Assembly (NCBI RefSeq): GCF_031769215.1 | Contig: NW_026782025.1 | Location: 124,001 to 188,000, forward strand | Reading direction: 5' to 3' | DNA: 64,000 nt | DNA from: Ylistrum balloti | Taxonomy: Eukaryota | Shown here: in pieces, positions 27,656-41,000 of the stretch | How positions within the stretch are numbered: position 1 is the stretch's first letter | Layout of the letters: each line of letters opens with the position of its first letter | Position numbers and translations under genes: made by a program | Notes under the pieces: generated by a model | Database searches by the model: none | The model's input: the letters and a program-made list of their open reading frames with translations, nothing else | What the model was told of the DNA's origin: nothing

Positions 27656-30600
27656 TTAGAGGATCTCACATCCCCAACAACACTGCTGGGGGTAGTCAGT
27701 GGCTTCCACTTTTCTCTCTAGTCCGTATACCCAGAACCTAGTTTTCGTATCGTTCCATTCGTAATGAGCTTCTGTCACAGGTACCGCTCTCAACTGTTGT
27801 CTCTAGAAAAGAAGTGTTTCCTCGGGTTAATATCTTTTCATATAAGTCAACACACTTAGTGTATTGAAGGTAGATACTTTACTGTGTGTATCGGTATCAA
27901 ATTAAAATGGATTTTTGTACGAGAATAGGTCAGCATAAACGTGAATCATGAACACTAACCATTTGTGAAAAAAATAGTTCTTGGCAAAATGTAACTTTGT
28001 TAAATCTTTAAAAATATTTCTTCGGTAAAAATCGGGGAAGAGGTATGGTCCCTTATCAATTTTATTTTCAAAATAGCGAAAATACCGGAACTGTTATATA
28101 TACGTTTCACGTGTTGTTTTTTTCGGTGTATAATGCCTTGAGATCGAATGACTGACACATGTTTTTACCTGTTGGAGTTGTCGTTCATTAGGGAATGCCC
28201 CCTTGTGTTGGTTAACAAGGCGAACAGAGTTGTCGTTAATCTCTGCCACAGGATAGGCGGTTATAGGCCAAACCTGGAACATATAATCCAATAGTATTGT
28301 ATTTGTTTTGATAAGTATGCCTTCCTCAAAATAAGAACAGATGGAGATAGTTTGGTATTCCATCCAATCAATGGGGGATATCTCATATAGATTGATTTTG
28401 TCTAACATTCAGATTTGCCACTTGCTTCTTGTGCACACGCATAGTATGTGTTCAATTATAATCAATGGAAGTGAACCAATACGAATGTGTAGTTAGAAGT
28501 ATACATGTACACTGTTCTCAGGTTATGATAAGGTAGGCGATCAGATATTATTTTACAAATGGTCAGCAGTCTTTGTTGGTCTACGGCTAATGTTACATGT
28601 AGTTAATTATATTAATACTAGTGAACAGGTCAGCATATGTGACGCAATGTAGATTATATATCAACAGTGTAGCAATACTCATCTATATGCCGGTACCTTT
28701 TATTACTTATGAGACACTTGTTTGTACTATCAGATGTAATACCTAGATAAATATGGTCTACCCATCTAACCGCTATCTGTTATTACTCAACAGTGAGAAT
28801 GAAAGAAAATCCTACCATGAATGTAATTGTCACTCCTCATACATACCCCTGTTGTATATACGTATTAAACTACACTGATACAAGGTAACTGAACTGGGCT
28901 TTATTGTAACAAAACTACACAGAAGTAAAACTTTTCAAATTTAATGAATACTTGGTTCTGATGATAATTATGATATTTTACACAATGAACAATTATATGG
29001 CTTTCGTCAGGGAAACCTGATCGGATGTCAAGTATTCAAATCAATTATCATATTACCATTACATTAATCGAAGGTAGGATGTGTTATACAGAATAAATTT
29101 CCAGTAAGAGTTTTCATGTATATTTTCGGTGATTGTAGTGCCTACCTGAGGTAAAACCTGCTCGAATATAATGTCCCCGGACACATGTCGGACCAATTCG
29201 TCTGGCATATCTGACCGTTCAATGATGTGGTCTACTTTATGGTTAGTGCTGCCAGAAAGAATAATAATAATAAAAACAATAGCATAGCATTGCAGGTAAC
29301 ATAGAGAAAATACAATTTTAATCTCCATACAGAGACTGGTGTCAAAAATCAATAATTTGGAACGAGAAGCGGTGCCAAATCATTTATAGCATCGTAAAAG
29401 ATTTTATCCTAGCTGCTTATCAATAAATAGGTCACCTCTACTCTTGGTTGGCACTGCCACAAAAATGGGGAAACTCTCTATTTAATTGTGGGATGAGAAT
29501 CTGGATATGTTTGATGCTCGTTAGCTGACGTGTTGGTTCCGCCGTTCTCATTTGAGAACCTAATGCTGATTTCGTAGATTGACCCAGAAGCAGAACAGGC
29601 TTACTCTTCCGGAACACCTGGTCTTATTTTCCCTTGTGCTTTTTCAGGGGTCTCGGTATAAATTTTTCTGATGTTCATATTTTGCTAGAATTTTATTGAA
29701 TTTGAGTTTGAATTAAGATTCTGTTTTCAAGTTGGTATTTTTAACACTATGGTGAAGTTCATAATCCTGCTAAAACGGTTTTGTCTCAGTAGGTTAGGTT
29801 ATTCAAATAACTTATCTGCTGCTCAAATTAATGAAACAAGTGTATGCACGCTGTACTTACAATGTCACTGTCAGCTGAATGTAACTTTTTATATTGCGAT
29901 AACCGTCACATTCATCACACGTAATCCTCCCATCTCCCCCGCATTTGTAACACCTGCAATAAGATCGGAGTTTAAAACCGAAATCAACATCGTCGTTATA
30001 TGTCGTTATAAAGAGCTGAAAACTTTATACGTTGAAAGCTGTTTCATAATAAAAGGAAAAGCCTTAATTGACTTATATCCGAAATAACTCTATCACTTCT
30101 AACTTGCAATAACGAACAGATGTAGCATAGGCATGTTAGTTTGAACTTTCAAATTTTCAATAACGATAATACTAGTATGTTAGGACGTCAGTTTGAATCT
30201 TGAAATTTTCAAGAAGGAACAACATATATTAGGATGTTCGTCTGAACTTTCAAAATTTTCAATAATGAACAGATACATGTATTAGGATGTTTGTTTGAAC
30301 CTGAGTGTATATATAAACATATCACATGATACGTTTAATGCGTTAAAGAACAAAATTATATTAGTTTTACTGTAGCAGCGAAGTTGAAAATGGAAGATTG
30401 TGTTGGTGCATGTAAGTGATATAGTGTGGCGTCTCCTACAACAGCAAGGTCATACGATGTCTACACAAAGTACAACACTGCGTGACACACAGGTCTCAGT
30501 GTGATTTGTAAATGGCTCACGTGTATTAACATGTTACCTTTTTCTAACATTTCATTAACGAACATTGAATGCTACTCTCTCGTTTAGAGTGATGATTGTA

Positions 30601-33600
30601 TTTTTGACGTATTCTTGCATGTTTTCCTGTTAATCTGATATTGCATGTACTATAGTAAATTAGCTCACCTTTCTCTGCCGTCGCCATGGCAATGATAACA
30701 CATCTCGGTAATAGGGTTGCCGTGCGGGTCATGGGTATGACGTCGTCCGGATCCGTTACAGTTGTCACAACGCGTATGACCAATTCCATGACATCTCCAG
30801 CATATGTGGTAACCACGAGCGTCACAGGCATGGCAGGGCTAGATAAATAGACACAGTGAAGGATATACCAAAGGCGATAGTTTCGGATTCTTTGCTCCTG
30901 TCAATAATTGTAATAAGTACAATTTCCACATGAAATCTGAGATTATAAATAAAGGTAGATGGTATTGCACTATTCAAGTTCTCCTTACAAATAAAAATAA
31001 AGTGAACATGGACCAGAATAAATGTAAGTATTTTATGAAACATCAAAATATCGTACATATTCGCGAATTAAGTATTCTACTTTCATGTAAAATTAGCTTA
31101 ATTTGGAAGAGTTGTAAATGTCATAAAAACTTCAGTTATAACCAGAATCTTGGTCAGTATCTCAACAGACAATTAAAAAAAACAAACAAAAATAGAAGAA
31201 ACCCCAACAACATCGGAATGAAGTACATTGCATCAGAATACGGAGAAATAGAGGACTGGGATACCATCACACTCGCATACGATGTACGATATCTTATTTA
31301 CCATTACTGTAGCAGTATGAGGAACCTCCTGTCTCTTCTCGTGTGTATTGAACATGGAATTTGCTACACAATGTATCTGCCACGGAGGTGGAGCCGGACC
31401 GTTGTGAGGGCCATCCACAGGCCCCCCTCGATAGGGTTCATGTACGTATCCTGTCCGTCTACTTTCACAGAATGTTTCCAAGGTATACTACAGGAAAATA
31501 TTAGATATATTCAGGTGCATTATTTATCACCCGCCACGCCAAGAGGGATGGCCTTTCTCCCGCAACAGCATCCTTTCTCTACTAGCTATTGGGCTATTTC
31601 ATTCTATTGACAAACTAGCGACAATGAAACAATTCTGTGTTCATCTCCACTGCTTTAATATATTAAAAACGATGTGTTATCTAAAACTTATCTTTCATAA
31701 TTAAAATTACAAAGAGTTCGAAACCGAAAAACACAAACCGCTGTAACAATTTATCAACAAGTATATTTATCGCTGTCGTGTAAACATATTTATATTATCA
31801 TCTTCACATCAGTGTTTTTTCTTACCCCGTATTCATTCTCATACAATTAACGGGGTGGGGTTTTTTTCAGTTGAAACAAATTCAAAACTACAACCTACAT
31901 GCAGGGCGGTCAGACCAATCACGTTTGTGATGTTCATTTCCTTTGCGGGAGCTGAACCATAACAACAGTTTTCGCTCACAAATTGGATCATGGCGTTCCT
32001 ACAATCTTCCTCGTTGAGATTAGCCAAACTGTTTTAAATAGGATTTTTTTAAAGTGGTAAACTAATTAACTAATTAGTGTATGGCAATAATTTCGAATCT
32101 CTGAATAACTCATTTGTAAATCAGCACATATCATATATAAGAGAATCGTTATTATGAATTTGCAATTTTGTGTATTTTTACTTACAGATCCTTGTTTGAT
32201 ATTTTCTTTAAAAAATGAGATATAATGAGATATATATGAAATGTATGGCGTTCATATGTATGTCACACTTCCCAGGTAGAATATTTCAGGTATACGACAG
32301 AGCTACCTATCTAAGAGTTCCACATGTATATTTGGCTAAAAGTTGACAAAGATGTTATATCTATCATAGTGACGTGTGCATGGCGCCAAAAATCATGATA
32401 ATCTTTATTATAACTTTCTTGATAAGTAGGTTGTCAATATGAACTGAATAGGTAAATCAACGAAGAAGTAAAAGAATTATCGAACAGCTAAAACATACAG
32501 ATAAAACAAACATACTTGGTGAATTCCATCGGAGGTGGTTTACCCTGTGGGGGAGGTGGCGGGGGCGGAGGTGGCATAAAGTTCACTGTAAGTGTAAAAC
32601 ACAAACTTGTTAAATCAGGTGTATATTGGAGAGAAAAACATTTCAAGTTTATTGGTTTTCCCGCCATATGAATTTACAATAAGACATAACTAGCAGTTCA
32701 TTATTGAACATTGATCACGTAATTTCTAGATCACATAATATGAAGGAAAAATACGATATCTTACTTTGTCCGAATCCTCCAACTTTCTCGTAGCCGGAGA
32801 TCGTGGCCATCCCTTGCATGGTAGGTGGGCCGTACTGCGGTGGGCCCGTCCCCGGGGCCCCCATTTGACCGGTCGCTTGATTGGGGGGAGGACCGCCAGG
32901 ATTCCATCCTGTAAGTATATCCTATTAAAATTTGTCGGTCATGGAGATTTGCACATGAAATCCATAAGTTGTCACTGCTTTTTTCCCAGTACAATTTCCA
33001 TGATTTCAAACCATTAGCGGATGTGTTCATGGTGTGATAAATGACACAGGGTAGCTATGTACTAAAGACTCTGTCATATATTATTATGTCTCTGTAAAGA
33101 ATATAATACTTACTTTGCGGATTCTGGTCATATGATCCTGGAAATAAACAACAAAAGTACATTAATACATTAATCTGCGTAAATATCACTTAGTTGACGT
33201 TTATTAATCCAATAATTAGACTGTAGTACTGTTATTGTGGTGGTATTGCGTGTACTGTGACATTGTTAGGTCTGTTGCCTAAACTGATGACTAAAATAAA
33301 TTTTGTTTTTCTTTAGAAGTGAATGATAAGTATTTAATCTCAGTAACTGTTAGGGCAGTAATATACGATCTAATTAAAGTCATATCATACCAGACATATC
33401 CAAATTATTCATGAACAAAGAGGAATCTTAATCACTATGACGTCGAGGTAAAATGGCGTTTCACATTTACTGATTACCATGTGACGTTACCATGGGGACC
33501 ATATATATGGACAGGACATTGAAAGGAACGTTTCTGCAATATTTGCTAATTAAAAATTTTGGATCATGTGACAAAAATATTAGTTTCCATTGAATATGTA

Positions 33601-34897
33601 ATTACTTTATGAAATTAATTCGCATTTTTATTATTTTGTCTTCCCAAATGCTCTATAAAATGACGCGTTACTGAAATTGCCTATAAAATGAAAACTCTAG
33701 AAAGATCTTATATATGTATATCAAGCGTAACTGGATTTGCATGTGTGCTACATACAAGTCTAACAAATTGATCAAATATTGTCGACACACTACAGTTCGA
33801 GATCGTGTTTCCGTGGTGGTTTAAATAAGCTATTTAATCGGATTAACATTTGAAAAAGTTTGGGAACAAAACATTCCATTCAACACTTGATAATTGAGTT
33901 TCTTAATGGTGGATATGGATTTAGGAAAAAAATATATGCGTAATGCGAAAACCTGACAGCGCGACGGAGGTAATATAATTTTTTTAACGAAAAGCAAATA
34001 CCGCCCTAACAACAAGACACACAATTCAAAATACAACACGTGTTTAAATAGATGTGTCTTGTATTGTATACTCGATACGTGCAATGTTGAGTTATGCAGT
34101 ATATTGTATACCGTGAATCCTCGTTGTGTTTCACACCACGTATGTTATATGTGTATTAACTGAAAGTACATTTCCATAGGACATGTTAATGTCGACAATA
34201 TATCGTTAAGAAGTAATTACAAGAGTTTTAACATTTCGAAAGACCATTTTATTACCTGTTGACTCGAATTGAAATGTGGTCATTGTCATGGACTTAATAA
34301 CAATAAGCTTATTTATAGAACGGATTTGAAAGCATTAACTAAAGTGCTAATAGGTCGTACGAAGTAAACATTTATCGGTTACCGCGATAGATCAATGAAT
34401 TAATTCTAAAATATATTCATTCAATATTCAACAATATTGCATATACATGTTTTAGAATAAACATGTACTGGATGTATTATCTGTTCTTTGTGTCTTATGG
34501 TTCCTTTGTTCAACAAACTAGTTATTTGTCACAGTAATTAATACTGATATGCTATACCTATAACGTGTTAGGATACTGTGGTAGGCATTAAACAACCATT
34601 TCAAAGATAATTTGATATAAACCACTCACTTTTCATTATTCAGCAATAGATATACAATACATCTATGTAACACAGAGTACGGAAAATAACATCATTTCGA
34701 ATAATTAGTGCTGTTACAAACACTCTTCTTTCACTTAGCGTAGAACATTAAGTATGTTGTATATCTTTAATGCTGGCGATGACGATTATCAATTTGATGC
34801 TATAGATAGATAAAATGATAAAATGATTTTACGGATATCTATTCAAGTTTTCACATTTTTGTAGATTTTTGATTAAAGTCTTACCTGGCATTGCCAT
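27656..34897 (-). CDS. SSUH2: SSUH2 homolog (DnaJ-type CxxCxGxG zinc-finger repeat protein), 394 aa
   Basis: complement join(34885-34897,33114-33137,32765-32908,32516-32585,31899-32028,31302-31487,30669-30838,29861-29953,29146-29248,28169-28273,27656-27802) = 1185 nt, phase-consistent. Peptides include ENCCYGSAPAKEM, YTLETFCESR, EVPHTATV, six CxxC motifs (CHACDARG, CWRCHGIG, CDNCNGSG, CYHCHGDG, CYKCGGDG, CDECDGYR), RAVPVTE, FWVYG and C-terminal YPQQCCWGCEIL*. The first two small exons are less certain. Confidence 0.9.
29560..29720 (+). repeat. Interspersed repeat remnant in SSUH2 intron
   Basis: GCAGAACAGGCTTACTCTTCCGGAACACCTGGTC...TTTTCAGGGGTC resembles a widespread bivalve repeat module (GCTTACCCTTCCGGAGCACCTG) that I recall at the ends of Penelope-like elements. 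The family is not verifiable here. Confidence 0.35.
30108..30301. repeat. Degenerate 50-52-bp tandem repeat, 4 copies
   Basis: Units containing TTAGGATGTT..TTTGAACTTTCAAATTTTC start at about 30108, 30159, 30211 and 30261. Confidence 0.8.
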
Positions 34898-37894
34898 GAT
34901 GACGAATCAAAGGCTCGACTATTACTCCGGAACGCGATCCACCGTTCAGGTAACTTGGTACACGAGTGTTGTACCCAGCAGTGGTGCCGCTGCCATGACG
35001 CCATGTAAACAGTACTGGTTACGGGCAGATTTATTCAACACCAATGACCCAGTGATCAATATTGTAGTGTAGTCAATGCATGACCGAGAACTGGGGCACA
35101 CATACCAGTATTGTAAGAAAGATTGAAAGATTTTATAGATACATTTCACATATGTACCTATTAATAAGGTATCGAACTATTTAGGTTTAATGAACATGTT
35201 TTCACGTAACGAGTAATAGCGAATGTAACGTAAGTCCCACGTGACGAGAAATCACTTCCTACATATTTCACACGTTTGACAAACAAAAAGTTGGATTGGG
35301 GAAAAAACTAACCTTGCCAGGTCCTATACCATGCCTCATCATTATTCACTGTCTCATGTACCTGTAATTCTTAGCTTAGTATATATATCTGTCGGTATTT
35401 GTCTATTATGATGGACACAAGAATTATTTTCCCGTGAAGATGATTTGTAACAGATTGAGAGGGGGTCTCTGTTCTAGAGTTAGAGAAATGCGGCAATAAC
35501 AACAGATTTTGTACATTATGGTCATGATTAAAATGGTTTTAAAGATAAAAGATTCTAAAACCGTTTCAATACAAGGGACATATTCACCCAAAAGTAATTC
35601 AAGTATTTTTAGTGTGTATCTTCCAAGGAATGATTGAAGTTGAATGTGCTATTTCAAGATCAAGAATATAGCTTCTGGAGATTACATACTTTTCCAGAAA
35701 GAGGGGAGGATGTTTTACATTCCCGTAAAAAAGTAAATCTTCAAAATATTTTGCCGTGTGAAGATTGTGAAAATCAATAAATTATAATGACACTGTAATG
35801 AATATACATATATAGATACTATAATTAAATCGATCCTCTCATCTGTAATATAATTGAATTAATCAATAATAGCTTATCTTTTCTTACGGATTTGTTATCA
35901 CAGTCCACTACACACAGCCTCTTTCATGGTCATGATTACATGAACCTATGAAAGGGAACTAGGTGTGCAGTGGACCGTGGTATCTCACACTTTTACTTTG
36001 TGAGATGTGTGAAGTACAATATCTACAGTAAGAAGAAATGTTTGATCTTAGGGATACATTGTTTTCTACATAACTTTCAACTATTTTGGTTTTTAGTGTC
36101 AGTTATACCGCTATTACATTTATTTTCTTTGTCCGACGTATTGTTTCAGTAATGTCATTTCAGTATAACGTCCCATAATAACGCCTACACCATTTCATTT
36201 GAGTAATGAATTTGATCTCATTTCCAGATCACAATGGCTAAATGTATATTCATTAGGGATTATTTCGCGGAAGGTACGTTTTTCACCATGCGGACAATCA
36301 TGTGACCACATCAAGACACGACTAATTTGTGACATCACAATGTGTTTGTACATACGTGTCATTTGATATTTATAGCATGGCTGTACGACATGGCACAACA
36401 CGCCATTTATGTGATAAAAGGATAAACCTTTGGCAGTTGTGTGACAAAACGACATTTCTTGTGTATTCAGATATGTCTGTTTCGAAACGTATATGATTCA
36501 TACACATATGTACTCTGGCCATCTCTAAATGAACTGAGCATGTCTTTTCAAAAATATGTATTACTAAAATTGTACAAAAGAATCGAGTGAACACTACCTT
36601 TCAAAACCAATTTAGAATAAAATGCAGTAGAGCCCGATATGTCAACATGTTTTATAGTTCAAATCGATGAAAGTTGGGAGACCCAAGGAAAAGCTAAAGA
36701 AAAGAAAGCCAGGTGTCACGTGTTTCGCATCATCGGTGATTCCCTTCCTGTTGATATTGGCCAATCCAAGTACGTAATTAACACGTGTCTGTGTGGTGGT
36801 GGTGGTCTGTGTGAATATATGTGTGTCTGTGTGATGAAATAAAGTCATGAAGAATCATTTGTGTTTGCTTTCCAGGAAATCTTGGTAATGAAATTAACTT
36901 TGCGCAGATTCTGGCAGAGTTTATATAATTTGAATATCCCTGCATCTCCCTCAGCTACAATTATTTACTAATAAAAGAATTGTTATTAGAATGACAATTT
37001 TAGTGAGTAATATCGACTACTGAAAGACAGTTTAGGAAAAAGTTTCATATATGTCATTTATTTTTCTATGCAAACACCCTTGGTATTAGGGTTACATATT
37101 ATGGGGCAAATGAGCACGTTTTGTAGATGTTTCACACTTTGCTAACATAATATTGCACAGATGTGGTAAAGAATTGAATTGCTTAAAGTAGAGTGCAATA
37201 TAAGATAGATAAAACAGAGTAAAATAAAATATAAAAAGGAGAAAAATGAAATAAAAACACATTTCTTTAAAAATGATTTAAAATTAAATCAGGCAAAAAA
37301 CATAAAAATGATTTTCCAGTCAAAAGATTAATCAAATGGAACTCACACTTTCAAACAAGGAACTTTATCTATAGAAGGATTTTTTTTCGGTTCTTAAGGC
37401 TGTTTAAATGTCCACGATAAAGAAAATAGAGACGAAACATTTTATGCATGTATATTATTTATGCCTTTGTATAGTCGTGTCTATAGCTCTTGTCAAAACC
37501 TGCGTCATGCACTAAGGAAAAAATATGAAGAACAAAACAGGATATACATGACGCTGTAAACACTAACGCCTTTATCATTGAGATCAAGTAAGATTGCTTT
37601 GTTTTGATTGCTTAGCATTTTTAATAGTTTATCGCCACATACATGTAAGAGGTATGTTTCTTACTGTTTTGTGTAATTCAACACAACTCGCTATTAATTT
37701 CTGCCTTTCCCTCCTTCGACGGGCACACTTGGCAGAAACACAAAGTATATGTCAGTATGGGTGAAATCGTCTCATCGTGGTGTATAATTATTAATTTATA
37801 TGCTATTTGGAATTTGTTCGCAAGAACTATTATGTTATAGCACATAAATTATTACCATCACATTACCTCTCACTGACGTATCGATACCATTATT

Positions 37895-37940
37895 CACTGA
37901 CCGTTTGAAACAGGTGACCGCTAATGCAGGTTTAACTGTG
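37895..37940. mobile_element. Possible Tigger-like MITE terminus
   Basis: TGACCGTTTGAAACAGGTGACCGCTAATGCAGGTTTAACTGTG resembles the reiterated GACCG...CAGGTTTGACTGTA ends of Tc1/mariner-superfamily MITEs. Confidence 0.25.
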
Positions 37941-38093
37941 TGCATTTTTTATGATACATTTCGATATATTTCATATAGTTATGTATAATTGTATATCATA
38001 GTGCCATCGTGGTTCTTGTATGCCATTTGAATATTCACAGTTGTAACGCAGTTTTCTTGTAAGAATCAGGGCGATGCATAAAAGCTCCTCTTG

Positions 38094-41000
38094 TTATAAC
38101 AGAACACAGAACCTGGTAGATTGAATGGTTGGTGAGTGATCTGGCTTGGCAGCTTTTATATCATTTGCTTGCTTATTTTTCTCTACAGCATGAGAAATAG
38201 CGGCGGAAAATTTCGTCATATCGCCCTCCCATACTGAAGATGACAACTGTGAGATCTCGCGCACGGCAAGAACCTGAAAAAAGTGGTTAAAAAGACGTTA
38301 AAAACGGTTAGCAAAAAATATGACAATAAAAAACAAGATCTAAACAATAATTTTTTTATACAGAGATGGACCTGGAAATAATTTTTTAGTCTCTCTCTCT
38401 CTCTCTCTCCCTCTCTCTCTCTCCCTGTCTCTCTCTTTCTCTCTCTCTCTCCTTTACATGAGGATAACTTTCCGTTACCTGTTCTGGCGACCATGTGCTG
38501 TTGACCCTATTCTCGTCTTCCATGAACCTCGCAACACTAGCAGATAGCACTGTCGCTGAAATACAAGATGCCACTTTCAATGCCGTTTCTTCGTCGAATC
38601 CCGTTACCGCCCCCTTATGTGACGGTGATACTTTATGTTTAATTGGCAACACATGTTTACGTCTTTTCTTTCTCGATGCCAACTTGGTCTGATGTAGTGA
38701 CGTTGTTACTACCGTCTCCTGTGTAACTGGATCAGTCTTGTTAGGACTTTTCTTAGTTTCTGTGTTTTTGTTTTCAATATCCCAGCTCACTTTACAAGTC
38801 TGAAATTAAGACAAGTACCTATCTGAAGTTCATAATGGTAAATATTTACATGCATAGACTAGAAACTTGAAGATAAAACAAGGCTTATTTTTTTTAATTG
38901 ACAGAAACCGGAAGTCCATATTTGCAACCAGACTTGTAATCGAGGTTGACGTTCGACGTATTGTATGCAGTAAACAACCCCCTATATATACCCCTATGTA
39001 TAATGTATTTATTTGCAATGTGATGAGAATTGGCAGGGACGAATTACAAACAATATAGAAGTGATATCATGTACAGGTAACCTTTTCAAGCACAGTTTAT
39101 AAACAATATTAGAAAATACAGATTAATTTTTAGAAAAGTTTTTTACGAGTTTAGTTTCTGGGGTATTTGCACAAGTATGCATTCAAAGCTGATAAAAGAA
39201 CGAACGAAGAACGAATAAATCTACGTGAAGACTTACACAGGCAAAAACGGGTTGGTTAGTAGTATTTGGTTATTTTCAATGTTTTTGGAGTTGACGAACA
39301 TGAAGATGTATAAACGTAGTCTTAAACCCGTAATTATTGTATTGATACACAATGGAAACGTTTTAGAAGTTCTGGGAAATATAGATTCTTTATAGACTAA
39401 TACACATAAAAAATATTTTTGCGATAATCGACAGAATATTGCCGAATTATGGAAAGATATCATACAGAGGTTTCACCATATCATGTTCCTTCCTTGATGT
39501 TAGAGGTAAAAGTAAACCCTGAAGGAATGTTATAAACACCCAAAATGACTTCGAAAACTGAAACCTTGAAAACGTGGCTTGCAATATATATTCATGTCAT
39601 CCAAACTTATGTCAAACTAGGGTGCTACAAAATTCCTGAGCAGAGCTAACCTCTCACCTATCTTAAGTTTGTACCATAGACAACTTTTTTATCTTCATGT
39701 TTCAGATATACATCATTAGAAAAATACTCTTCATCGATTTCAATTATTTATCAAGTGATATCCCGATTTCGTTTTGCTAAACCTGTAATGTCAATTGACG
39801 AAGCAGCAAATGAGGGAAAGATATGTTGAACCTTCCTTAATAACAAACAAGTGGAGGGTGTACTCTTTTTGAGGGGGTTGTAACATTATTCTTTGTTTTG
39901 CTTTTGTTTTGTTTAAGTTTGGTTAAATTTGGGATTTTCTTTCTAAGTTTTGCAATATAATGTCCCTGAGTCAATGAAACAATTAAAATATCAAATGTCC
40001 TGTATTTTCTTTTCTTTTTCAATTTCTTTCGCATTTAATAAAATCTGTTAATCGATATACAACAAATTCGAACTCTTCAAATCCTTTCTCGTGTGTCTTA
40101 TTGTACAAAACAAATTACATACATGGCAACTCGATTTGATAACTGGAAACTTTTATCAATTTTTAAAATTTGCACGCAGTGTTCTTCTAGTAGACACATG
40201 ATGGAACGTACCTTCTTTGTGGTTTTTCGAGGAATGTTCTCAGTTGATATAGTACCTGGTCGTGTATTAGAATCGGGCGGATACAGCAATTCCGGCGACA
40301 GTGTTTGGAGCACATCATTCCGGTTCGCCATAAGAAACGCAAGCCATGTCTCGAATGACGTCACAGAGTTGTCCACTAAAATATATTAAAGAAAGCGAAG
40401 AAGACATTTACCTCAAGTCATTCACCAGTAACCAAAATTTAAAATTCGGCAACGTTTTTAAAATTCCAGCCCGAAAACAAAACACATAAACAAAACCAAT
40501 AAAAACAACATATTTTTGTATTAATCAATTACATGACAAGGAACCATGCCTCTAACGCCTATATGTGTATGCTTAGTGCTGCCGCTGTATATGCATCTTC
40601 ACTACTTCGTCAAATAAAAGAACCATTGCAGACACTGCAATGGATTTAGCACATTTTTCTTTCACGAATCACAAAACCAATATCAATTAAAATTGTTTAA
40701 ACTGTGTAAATGCAGAATGATTGATTATGAAATTAGTTTTTGTCTTTTCATTAAAACATATACACATATCGTACAAAAGAAAATATATCAATTGATAAAT
40801 ACTTATTAAAACATTATTAAAAAACGCCACATCGTTTCCTTGTATTTTGACCCCATGTCAGTTATAACTTCCGTTCCAATCGAGTCACTGAATAGACGAC
40901 AGTGCCGGTTTTAATCATCTGTTAATTTTTTCCATTTCTATATGTACTAGCATAGAAAGAAATAAAAACAAACTAACAATCGACTTGAACTAATATACAT

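Noticed and set aside
28975-29015. ILHNEQLYGFRQG, RT-like peptide
   Set aside because: Too short to support; at most a tiny ancient LINE fragment.
30930-31610. 226-aa plus-strand ORF
   Set aside because: Antisense to an SSUH2 exon and AT-rich intron; no recognisable protein features.
36650-36770. Possible orphan plus-strand exon (QIDESWETQGKAKEKKARC...)
   Set aside because: Splice-like ends, but no partner exons or homology could be identified.
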